Assembly: GCA_029262755.1 (NCBI GenBank)
Contig: JAJCYU010000209.1
Coordinates: forward strand, 1-38,287
DNA: 38,287 bases
From: Anaerolineae bacterium
Lineage (GTDB): Bacteria > Chloroflexota > Anaerolineae > Epilineales > Epilineaceae
Direction: 5' to 3'
Of this stretch, positions 9,601 to 21,600 are shown in pieces. Each line of letters begins with the position of its first letter. Position 1 is the first letter of the stretch. Position numbers and translations under genes: made by a program. The notes under the pieces were generated by a model. That model ran no database searches, had not been told where the DNA came from, and saw only the letters and a list, made by a program, of their open reading frames with translations.

Positions 9601-12600
9601 GGGCGTGATCGTATACAGCGGATCACAGCCTAGGTCGCGCACCTCGCCCGCCGACTCCTTGCTGACGCGCAGGTCGCTCACCTCGGTGACCTCATGCTGC
9701 GCAAATGCCTCGTTGTTGGCGAAGTTCTCGTCGTAGTCGTCGTCGCTGCTTACCGAGGCGACGTTGTTGATGCTCACGCCCTCGTCCGCTGTGACCACGA
9801 TCTCGATGATCCAACGGCCCTCGCCGTTCGGTGGGCCGAAGACCGGCAACTCGGTCAGCTCACAGCTGACCGTCGCGCGCTGGGAGATGTCGGTGATCAG
9901 CTCGGCGCCGACACCGCCGACCGCGTTAGCCGCGGTGACCGTCGTCGGGCTGCCGGAGGGTGCTTCGAGCACGCAGCTGGTAGAGCCCGCGAAGTCACCG
10001 GTGATATCCGGGTTGATGGAGACGATGTCGAATACACCGTCCGAGACGATCTCGTCAGTCACGACGACGCCGTGCGCGAAGCTCGGGCCGAGGTTGTCGA
10101 CGAGGATCGAATAGGTCAGCAGCTCGCCCGCGCGCACCGTGCCGTCCGGCTTCCCGAACTTCCGCACGCGCAGGTCGGCTGAGGTCTCGACAAAGGCACT
10201 TGCCACCGTCCGGTTGTTCCCGCTGTTCGGCGCACCCGGGTCGACCGTGTCGTCGGCCGTGGCCACAGACACCGTCGCCATATTCGTCAACCACGTCGGG
10301 TCGGGCACCGGGCCCACGCTCGGCGTAGCATCCGGATCGACCTCTACGGTCACGTCGAAGCTCGTCGATTGGCCGGCCGCGAGCGGCGGCAAGGTGCAGG
10401 TCAATGTGTCCTCCGGGCCTTCGACACAAGCATCGGTGTCGATCTCGAAGGTCACATCGGCCGGCAGGGTGTCGATCACGATCACGGGCGCGGTCGGATC
10501 GCTGTCCGACGGACCGAGGTTGGTGACCTCGAGCGTGTAGACCAGCTCGCGGCCCGCGATCGGTGTCACATCGCTCATGGTCTTGACGATCTCGAGATCG
10601 GCCAGCCGGAGCGCCGTGTGCGCGTTGACCGTGGTGTTGTCGGCCGTATCACAATCGCTCGTCGCGGCGTCCACGGTTGCTACGTTGTCCAGCACGAGCG
10701 CGTTCGCGCCGCCGGGGATGGCGTCGCTGTCAACCAGGGCGTCGATCTGGATCAAGGCGATCTCGCCTACGGCCAGCGCACCGAGGTCGCAGGCCACGTC
10801 GCCGTTGGCCAGAACCGTGCATGGTACGCCCACACCAAGCACCGTTGCCGCGTCGACCGTGACGCCTGCGGGGATATCGTCGGTCAACAGGACCTCCGTC
10901 GCCACACTCGGGCCGGTGTTGGTCACCGTCAGCGTGTAGCGGATGGCCTCGCCCGCGAGCACGCCATCGTCCGGCGTGTCGCTCTTGGAGACCACCAGGT
11001 CGGCGTTGGTGCCAACCACGGTGAGGTTGGAGTCGTAGTTGTTCGGGTTGAGCGGTTCGATGTTGTCGCTGATGGCGAAGGCATCGTTCTCGAGGATCGA
11101 GCCATCCGCCAGCGCCGGATCGACCACCGCGGTGATCGTCACGGTCTCCGTGCCGCCCACCGGGATCGAACCGAGGCCGCAGGTCAGCTTGTCGATGCCG
11201 CTGCCCGCCGTGCCCGTTTCGCAGCCACCGATGGTCGTCTCGTAGCCGGTGACCGTCACGCCGGCCGGCAGCCGGTCGATCAGGATCGCGTTCTCCGCCG
11301 TCGACGGTCCGAAGTTGGTGACCTGAATGGTGTAGGTCATACCGAGGCCGGCGGTAACCTGGTCGGTCACCGGTTCGATGAAGCATGCCTCGCCGACGAC
11401 CTCACCCACCGCCGTCTTCACGACCGCGATGTCGGAGGTGTCGAGGATCTCATGCTCGACGTAGGCCTCGTTGTTGGACGGGTCCGGATCGACGTCGAGG
11501 CTGCTCACGCTCGCCACGTCGTTGATGTCCTGCGTCTCGGGCGCCGTCACCACGATCTCGACCGTCCAGCGGCCATTGCTGCTGCCGGGATCGAAGGTGG
11601 CGAGTTGTGTATCGAGGCGACAGACGACCTCGGCGCGCTGGCTGAAGGTGCCGCTGGTCGGGTCGCAGCTCGCCGCTCCCCCAAAGTCCAGGCCGACATC
11701 GGCGTTGACGCTGACGATGTCGAAGACGCCATCCGAGACGATCTCGTCGGTCACGACCACGCTGTTGGCGAAGCTCGGACCGAGGTTGTCGACGATGATG
11801 GTGTAGGTAAGCAGTTCACCAGCGCGGACCGTCTCGTCCGGCTTGCCGAACTTGCGAACCCGCAGGTCGGCGATGGTCACCACACGGCCGAGCACCATGT
11901 CCATGCTGTTCTCGGCGTCCGGATCCGGCGTGGTGCTCGTCGCGAGCGCCGTATTCTTGACCAGCGTGCCAGGCGTGAGGTTCGGATCGACGTCGGCCAG
12001 GATGGTGAAGCTCTCCATCTGACCGGCGACCATCGTGCCGAATGTGCAGACCACCAAGTCAACGCCGCCCGGGCCGGCACCGGCCAAGATTTGGCAGGTC
12101 GGCGGTGTCGGGTCGGTGAGGACGGCCGTAATGCCCACGGGCAACGTGTCGGTGACCACCACGTTCTCCGCATCGCTCGGGCCGTCATTGGTGACGGAGA
12201 TCGTGTACTCGATCGTGCCGCCGGCGACCGGCTCGTTGGTGCTTGCCGTCTTATCGACCACCAGGTCGGCAACGGTGCCGATCTCGGTCGTCGCATCCGC
12301 CGTGTTGTCTGCAAGACACGGGTCCGTCGTGGCGCTGGTGACGCCGGCCACGTTGCTTATCGGCCCTGCCGGCGCGTCGGCGTCGACCTGACCGTTGATC
12401 ACGATCGTGACCACGGTGCCCGGCGCCAGATCACCCAACTCGCAGGTGATCGCGTCGGTCAGGCCCTCGGCACAGCTTCCAGCCGAACCAAAGACCTGCG
12501 CCGAGACAAAGGTGACGTCCGCGGGCAGGGTATCCGTGACGACCACGTCGCGCGCCAGCGACGGACCGGCGTTGGCCACCGTCAGCTGGTACTGGATCGC

Positions 12601-15600
12601 CTCACCCGCCGTGACGGCGGCCGGACCGGACTTGGTGATCGCCAGATCGGCGCGCGCCTTGGCCTGCGTGAGGTTGGAGACGTAGTTGTCGGCGTTGTCG
12701 TCGTCGAAGTTGTCGCTCAGGGCGAAGGCGTCGTTCTCGAGCCATCCGAGGTCCGGGTAGTCGAAGTCGACCAGCGCATTGACCGTCAGCGTCGCAGTAT
12801 CGCCTACATTCATGTCACCCAGGCCGCAGGTGAGCTTGTCGGCCGCGCTGCCCGGCGTGCCGGTGGCGCAGCGACCACGGTCCAAACTGTAGCCTACCAA
12901 GGTCAGACCATAGGGCAGCCGGTCGGTCAGCTGCACGTTTTCCGCGTCCGACGGGCCGGTGTTCGTGACCACGACGGTGTAGGTCAGCATGAGGCCGGGC
13001 GTCACCATGTCCGGCATCGGCAGCGGCGGTGCGCCACAGGCCTCCGGGCCGACCATACCAACGGCCGACTTGCTCACCTCGAGGTCGCTGACCTCGGTGA
13101 CCTCGTGCTGCGCCAACGCGGTGTTGTTGCTGTTGTCCGGATCGATGTCGCTGCTCGAGACGCTGGCGAGGTTGTTGATGTCCACGCCCTCATCGGCCGT
13201 GACCACGATCTCGACAATCCAGCGGCCGGATGTGGCCGGCGGGTCGAATACGGGCATGTCCTCGCCCAAGGCGCAGCGCACCGTGGCGCGCTGGTTGAGG
13301 TCGGTCTGCGGCGCGGGGGCGTTGAACAGGCCGTTGTTCGGCCCGTCGATCACGCAGGTCGGACCCGCGTAGTCACTGTTCACGTCAGGGTTGATCGAGA
13401 CGATATCGAAGACGCCGTCGCTGACGATCTCGTCCGTAATGGCCACGTTGTGCGCCCAACTCGGGCCGAGGTTGTCCACGATCAGCGTGTAGGTCAGCAG
13501 CTCGCCGGCGCGGACGCTGCCGTCCGGCTTGCCGAACTTCTCAATCCGCAGGTCGCTGACGCTCTCGACGAAGATGTCTGCGTCGTCGATGTTGTTGTCC
13601 GGGTTCGGATCCTCGGTTGCCAGCGGCACGGGAACCTCGGCCACGTTGACCGACGGGCCGAGCGGCGCGTTCTCGAGGACCGCGAAGGTGATCTCGAAGG
13701 TCGAGGACTCGCCTGCCGGCAGCTGACCGATCGTGCACGTCAGCTCGCCCGGCGCGGTCAGCGCACAGTCGTCGCTATCCACCAGGTACGCCAGCACCGC
13801 GGTGTCGAAGGTATCGACGACCACGATGTCGTCCAGGCTGCTGTTGTAATCCGATGGGCCGTCGTTCCAAACCGTGACCGAGAAGGTCACCTGCTCGCCG
13901 GCTACCGGCGTATTGTCCAGCACGGACTTCTCTGCTCGCAGGTCGGTGACGCGCTCGTACTCGACCGGCGCCAAGGCGCTCACGAAGGCTGCGTTGGAGC
14001 CCGCGGCCGCGGCCTCGTTCTCGCCGCTGATGGTGCCGTCCACGTCCCCGGGCGGGATGAGGTTCGGCGGCGCGAAGACCGTGAGCAGGACCTGGACACG
14101 CTCGCCGACCGGCATCGAGCCAAGCTGACACTCGACGATTGCGCTCGGGTTGCCCGGGTTGTCGATGACACAAGAGCCGCCGCTGCCCGCGGGCGAATCG
14201 AGCTGGCCGCGCAGGATCTGCCAGTCAGTGACCAGCAGGCCGGGGAAGGGGAGAATGTCGCCCACCCACACGTCCATGGCCACCGAGGGCCCATCGTTGA
14301 TCAGGAGGATCTCCACCGTCTGGGACTCGCCGGCCGCCAGCGCCGCGGGCTCGACCTCCTTCTCAATCGTGAGCACCGCCAAGCTCTCCACCGTCGACAG
14401 CGTCGAGGCGAAGTTGTTCGCGTTGTTGTCGTCGTACTCGTCCGAGGCCACGTGGACGTCGTTCTCCAGGATCGTGCCGTCCGGCAGGTCGGCGTCGATG
14501 TCCGCGGTGATGACGAAGGTCGCCGACTGGCCCGCGTCCAGCGTTCCGAGACCGCAGGTGAGCTGGTCGAAGGCGCTACCGGCCGTGCCGGTCTCGCAGC
14601 TCCCCAGACCCGCGTCGCCGCTCATGGCGGTGACGACGATGCCCGGCGGCAGCCGGTCGAGCACGGTGACGTTCTCGGCCGTCGACGGACCCAGGTTGGT
14701 CACCGACACGGTCCACTCGATGTCTTCGCCTGCAATCAGGCTGCCGCCGCTTTGGACCTTGTCGATCTCGAGGTCGGCGATGGTCGTCACGTCGTGCAGC
14801 ACCATCGCGCGGTTGTTGTCCTGATCCGGATCCTCGGCCTGGAGGCTGAGCACCGTGGCGGTGTTGTTGATCGACTGATCTTCGTCGGCGGTCACGACCA
14901 CCGTGAGGATGATCTGCTCGTAGACCGTGAGGTCGTCGACCGCGCAGGTCACGAGTACGTCGCCCGGACCGACACCGATGGCCGGGATGGCCAACGGTGC
15001 GCCGGCGGCGTCGAAGATACCGCCGTCGCACACGCCGCCCGTGTCGAATTCGACAATGTCGAAGACGTTGTCGCTGGACAGGATGTCCGTGATCAGGTTG
15101 CCGCGCGCCACGCTGGGCCCGAGGTTGTCGACCACGACCGTGTACGTCAGCAACTCGCCGGCGCGGACGTCCCCGTCCGGCTTGCCGTACTTCTTGATGC
15201 GCAGGTCGGCCAGCTGGGCCACAGCCACGGTCTCGTCGTCGCTGTTGAACAGCGCCGTGCCGTCAGCCAGCGTCCAACCGGTTTCCGCGGTGTTGGTGAT
15301 CGGGCCTTCGGCCGCCGCGTCCACCGCGACGACGATCTCGAAGGTGCCGCTCTCGCCCGGCAGGAGATCGCCGAGCGTGCAGGTCACCGGCGGACCGCCC
15401 GCGCAGGTGGCGGATGTGGCGTAGAGGTAGGTGAACTCGGCCGGCAGCGTGTCGGTCACGACGACCCCGTATGCGGTCGACGGGCCCGGGTTGGCCACCG
15501 TGATCTCGAAGGTGAGCGTGCCGCCCGCCACCGCGATCAGGTTGCCCTGCTCGTCGGTGCCCGCGGGCGTCTGGCTGCGCGAGACCGCCGTCTTGCTGAT

Positions 15601-18600
15601 GGTCACCGGTGCCTCGTAGGCGACGACCGTGCTTTCGGTGGTGTCGCTACCGGCGGCCACCGTCAGCGGTGAGTCGCCGAAGATCGTCAGGTTGTCGGTC
15701 AGCGTCAGCGGACCGGGCGCAGACGGGTCGACGAGGAAGCGCAGCGTCACGACGCGCGTCTCGCCGACGGGCATGTCGCCCAGGTCACAGCGGATGGCGT
15801 TGCCGAGCTCGACCGGGTGACACTCGGCCTCCGGACCGCCGTTGGTCGAGACGTCGACCAATTCCAGGTACTGGAAATCGCTGCCGTGGTTGTCCAGCAA
15901 CCGCACGTTGCGCGCGACGGACGGGCCGTCGTTGCGCGCCACGATGCGGTACTCGACGAACTCGCCGGCGACAACCGGATCCGGTGCGTCCTGCTTCTGC
16001 AGGAAGATATCCGACAGGGCCGCGGCCTCGACCTCGGCGGTGCCGAAGTTGTTGGCCAGGCTCGGGTCGAAGGTGTCGGCGGTGACCGAGGCACCGTTCT
16101 CGAGCTCCGTGCCCGCAGGCACGTCGGCATCGATCCAGGCCTCGAATCGGATCAGGCCCATGCCACCGGCGTTGATCGTGCCGAGGCCGCAGGTGATCAG
16201 GTTGTCCGGCGTCAGCTCGCAGCTGGCCAGGTGGAAGGGATCGTCCACCGTCGCGGTGAGCGAGGTCACGACCACGTTCATCTCGGGCGGCAACGCGTCC
16301 GTCACGATGACGTTCTCGGCCGCCGACGGACCCTGGTTGGTCACGGAGATCGCGTAGGTCACGATCTGCCCGCCGTCCGCCGGGTCACCGACCACGGCGG
16401 TGGTCGACAGCGCGCCGTCGACGCGCTTCTCGAGCGCGAGATCGGCGGTGCCGTCGATGTTCAGCGAGACGTCCACGAAGTTGTTGCTCGGGTCCGGATC
16501 CGTGCCGTCCGACAGGACCCGCGCCTCGTTGTTGAGCGAGATCTCGTCGGCCGCGATGGCCACCAGCTCGATCGTCCAGCGATCGAGCACGCCCAGCGCG
16601 TCCAAGCCGCAGCCGAACTCGAAGAGGAAGTTGCTGTTATTGACCGGCACCGCAGGCGGCACGGCAGGCGTGCAGACGCCGCCGAGGTCTGCCGTGACCG
16701 AGGTCACGGTGTAGGGACCGCTGGCCACCATCGTATCCGTCATCAGGACGTTGCGCGCCACGGAGGGTCCGAGGTTGTCCACGAAGACGGTGTAGGTGAT
16801 GGTGTCGCCGGCCTGCACCGAATCGTCCGGCTTGACGAACTTGAAGATGCGCAGGTCGTTGATGGCCTGGACCACGATCTCGATCATGTCCATGTTGTTG
16901 GAGGTGTCGAGGTCCGCGGTGTCGGAGCTTGTCTCGGCCACGTTCTTGAGGACCGTCTCGTCGGCCACGGCCGGGTCGACGTCCGCGTCGATCGTGATCG
17001 TCCGCATGTCGCCGGCGGCAATGTCGCCGATCGCGCAGACCAGTACGTCCTCGCCGTTCGGTCCCGGCGCGGCCAGCGAGCACAGCCCACCAGTCGAGTC
17101 GGTCACGTAGGTCACTGACACCGGCAGGGTGTCCGTCACCACGACGTTGATGGCGTCCGACGGGCCGAGGTTCGTGACCTTCAACGTGAAGCGCACGTCC
17201 CCGCCGGCCGTCGGCATGTTGTCTTCGACGGTCTTCTCGATCACCAGGTCGGCACCTGTGCCGAGCTCGGTGATGAAGGCGGTGCTGTTGTCGTCCAGGC
17301 ACGGATCCAGCGTCACGCTGCGCACGCCGGCCAGGTTGACCAGGTCGCCTGTGGCGTCCTCGTCAACTACTCCGCTGAGCACGATGGTGGCCACCTGGCC
17401 GGGCATCATGTTGCCCAGCTCGCAGGTCACCGCATCCGTCGGGCCCTCGTTGCAGGCGCCGCCCGCGCCGATCACCACGCTGCCCGTGAGCGTCACCGCC
17501 GCCGGCAGCGCGTCGGTCACCACGACCGTGTGCGCCATCGAAGGTCCGGTGTTCGTCACGACCAACGTGTACTGAATCGGGTCACCGGCCAGGACGCTGT
17601 CCGGGCCGACCTTGCTGATCGCCAGGTCCGCCCTGCCCTCGATCGAGGCCAGGTGGCTGTCCTGGTTGTTGAAGTTGTCGATGTCCAGCACATCGCTGGT
17701 GACGATCACGTCGTTCTCGAGGATCGCCTCGACACCCTGCGGTTCGCTGAGGGTCGGATCCGCCAGCGTCGTGATCGTGACCAGCCGCGTCTCACCGACG
17801 CCGACGTCGCCCAGGCCGCAGGTGAAGCGGTCCAAGGCGCTACCCGGCGTGCCGGTCGCGCAGCTTCCGCCATCCGCAGCGTAGTCGATCACGGTCAGGC
17901 CGACCGGCAAGCGGTCGATCACCTGGACGTTCTCGGCCACGCTCGGACCGGCGTTGTTGATGGTCAGCGTGTAGGTCATCAGCAGACCCGGCGTCACCGC
18001 GTCGTCCAGCTCGAGGATGGTGTCGAAGCAGTCTTCCGGGCCCACCTGGCCCAGCGCCGTCTTGACGATGGACAGGTCGGCCACCTCGGTGACCTCGTGC
18101 TGCGCGAGCGCGGTGTTGTTGGATGCATCCGGATCGTCGTCCGCGCTCTGCGTCGACGCGTAGTTGTTGATGTCCACGCCGTCGTCCGAGCGGACCACGA
18201 TCTCGACCACCCAGCGGCCCTGGCCGGAGCCGGGCTCGAAGAGCGGCAGGTCGCCGCCCAGCTCACAGCTGACCGTCGCACGCTGGCTGATGTCGAAGAC
18301 CGGCGCCGGAGCGCCCGCGCCGGCGGACGGCGGTGCGATGACCTCGCACGCCGGGGCCGGCGGGCCGAAGAAGCTGCCGTTGACGTCCGGGTTGATCGAG
18401 ACGATGTCGAAGACACCGTCCGACACGATCTCGTCCGTGACGAAGACGCTGTGGCCGAAGCTCGGGCCCAGGTTGTCCACGAAGAGCGTGTAGGTCAGGA
18501 GCTCGCCGGCGCGCACGCTGCCGTCCGGCTTGCCGAACTTCAGCACGCGCAGATCCGCCACGGACTCGATGAAGGTGTCCGCGTCGTCGACGTTGTTGGC

Positions 18601-21600
18601 GAGGTTCGGGTCGGTCGTGTCGGCCGGGACCGGCACCTCGGCGCTGTTGGCCACCTGGTTGCCCAGCGGGCTGTTGGCCAGGACGTCGAAGGTGATCTCG
18701 AAGCTGGTCGAATCGCCCACCTCAAGCTGACCGATCGAGCACTCGAGCACACCCGCCGCCGCGAGGGCGCAGGTGTCCGAGTCAACCGCGTAGCTCAGGA
18801 CCGCGATGTCGTAGGTGTCGGTGACCACGATGCCGTCGTCGCCGTTGTAGTCGCTCGGGCCAGCGTTGCTGACCGTGATCTGGTAGGTCACCTGCTCGCC
18901 GGCGACGGGCGTGTCGTCGAGGGCGATCTTGTCGATCGACAGGTCGGTGACGCGGTTGATTGTGGTCTGCGCGCTGCCGTTCACCAGCGGTGCGTTGCTG
19001 CCGTTGGCGCTCACCGCGTTCGTCACCAGGATGCTGCCGTCCACGTCGGCCGCCGGCACCGCGTCGGGCGCCACCGCGACCTCCAGCTGGATGCTGACGA
19101 ACTCACCCACCGGCATGTCGCCGAGCTGGCAACCGACCACGCCGAAGCCGCCGCTGTAGTCCTGGCAGACGCCGCCGCTGCCCGACGGAGTACCCGACAC
19201 GCCGCGCAGGATCTCATAGGACACCAGGCTCATGCCCGCCGGCAGGTTGTCATTGACGAAGACATCGTGGGCCACCGACGAGCCGTTGTTCGTCACGCTG
19301 ATCGCGTACTCGAGCCGCTCACCCGCGATCACCGGATCCGGCGCGTCGCTCTTGGTGATCTCGAGCTCCGCCACCGACGCAATCTCGGTGATCGTGGAGG
19401 CACAGTTGTTCGCGTTGTTGGCGTCGTACTCGTCGCTGAAGGCGCAGGCGTCGTTCTCGAGCAATGTGCCGTCGGGCAGGTTGTCGTCCAGGTCAGCGAC
19501 GATCGTGAAGCTCGCGCTCTCGCCGGCGGCCAGCGTGCCGAGGCCGCAGCTCAGGCGGTCGGCCGCGCTGCCCGGCGTGCCGGTCGAGCAACCCGCGAGG
19601 GTCGCGTCGCCCGTCACGTCGGTGACCGTGATGCCCGGCGGCAGCCGGTCGTAGACGATCACGTTCTCGGCCGTGCTCGGGCCGGTGTTCGTGACCGTCA
19701 CGGTCCACTCGATCGTCTCGCCGGCGATCAGCGTGCCGCCGCTCTGGACCTTGCTGAGCTCCAGGTCGGCCACGGTCGTCACGTCGTGCTCGACGATCGC
19801 GTCGTTGTTGCTCTGATCCGGGTCCTCGGCCTGACCGCTGCCGATGGACACCGTGTTGTTGATCGACTGGTCTTCCTCGGCGCGCACCACCAGCGTCAGC
19901 AGCTGCTGCTCGAGCACGTCGAGCTCGTCGATGGCGCAGGTGAAGACGAAGTCGCCCGGTCCGCCGGTCGTCACGCCCGGCGTGATCGCCGGCGTGATCC
20001 CGGCGTCGCAGACGCCGTTGTCGTCGATCGCTTGAATCGTGAAGACGTTGTCGCTGGAGATGATGTCCGTGATCAACACGTCCCGCGCCACGCTCGGGCC
20101 CAGGTTGTCGATGACCACCGTGTAGGTCAGGTTCTCGCCGGCGCGGACACTGCCGTCCGGCTTGCCGTACTTGCGGACCTTGAGGTCGGCGATCTGCGCG
20201 ACGGGCGTCGACTCGTCGTCCGCGGTGCCCAGCAGCGTGCCGTCGCCCAGCGTCCAGGCCGCGAAGGCCTCGTTGGCGATCGGGCCCTCCGCCGCGGCGT
20301 CCACCGCAACGACGATCTCGAAGCTGCGGCTCTCGCCCGGCTGCAGGTCGCCCAGGTCGCAGGTCACGTCCTGACCGGCCGCCGAGCAGCCGGCCGAGGT
20401 CGAGTAGAGGTAGGTGTAGGCCGCATCCAAGGTGTCGGTCACGACGACGCCGAAGGCGGTCGACGGTCCCGGGTTCTCGACGACGATCTCGTAAGAGAGC
20501 GTGCCGCCGGCCGTCGCGACGATCGTGCCGCCGTCGTCGTCGCCGCCCGGCGTCGTGCTGCGCGAGACGGCCGTCTTGGTGATCTCGACGGGCGCGTCAT
20601 GCTCCAGCGCCACGTCGACGCTGTCGCTGTTGTTGATGGCGCTCGGATCGGTCGTGCCGCTCACGACACTCGCCGCGTTCGTCAGCGGGTTATCGACCGA
20701 GGTCAGGTCGGCGTCGACCAGCGTGTCTACCACGACGCGGACCGTCTCGTCCACGTCCAGGTCGCCGACCGTACAGGTCAGGACGTTCGTGCCCAGCTCC
20801 GTTGCGCAGCTCGCGCCGGCCACCGGCAGGCTCGTGCCGTCCAGGATCTGCGTGCCGGTGACGCTCAGGCCGTCCGGCAGGTCGTCGATGACCACCACGT
20901 CGCGCGCGGTGGACGGGCCGGTGTTGCTGACCACGATGGTGTACTGCAGCGCCGTGCCGGCGGTCACCGTGGCGGGCTGGGCGGTCTTCATCAGGCTCAG
21001 GTCCGCCTCCGGCGTCGCGATGAGCTCGGCCACGCCGTAGTCGTTGCTGTTGTCCGGGTCGGCCGTGTCCGCGCGCACCGTGGCGCCGTTGGCCAGCCGC
21101 GTGCCGGCCGGCACGTCGGCGTCCACCCAAGCCTCGAAAGTCACGGTCACGATCTCGCCGGCGGCCATCGTGTCCAGACCGCAGGCCAGCTCGTTGGCCG
21201 GCGACAGGGCGCAGCTGCCCGCGCCGGTGATGGCGAGGCTCGGCGCGATGACGGTGATCTCGTCCGGGATGAGGTCCGCAATGACCACATTCTCCGACGC
21301 GCTCGGGCCCAGGTTCTCGACCGCGATCGTGTAGGTCACGATCTCGCCGCCGTCGCTCGGATCGCCCACGACGACCGTGTCGGAGAGCAGGCCGTTGACC
21401 CGCTTCTCCAGCTGCAGATCGGCCGAGGAATCGATCAGGATCGCGCGGTCGACACAGTTGTTGCCCGTGTTCGGATCCGTGCCGTCGCTCGTGATACAGG
21501 CCTCGTTGTTGAGCGTGATCTCGTCTTGCGCCTCGGCGATCAGGACGACCTCCCACTCGCCGTTGACCGCGAGCGCGTCGAGCGCGCAGTCGAAGCGGAA

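Noticed and set aside
19977..20005. Short tandem CCGGCGTGATC repeat (GITPAITPG)
   Set aside because: A two-copy in-frame micro-duplication in a variable loop. Too short to be a phase-variation tract.
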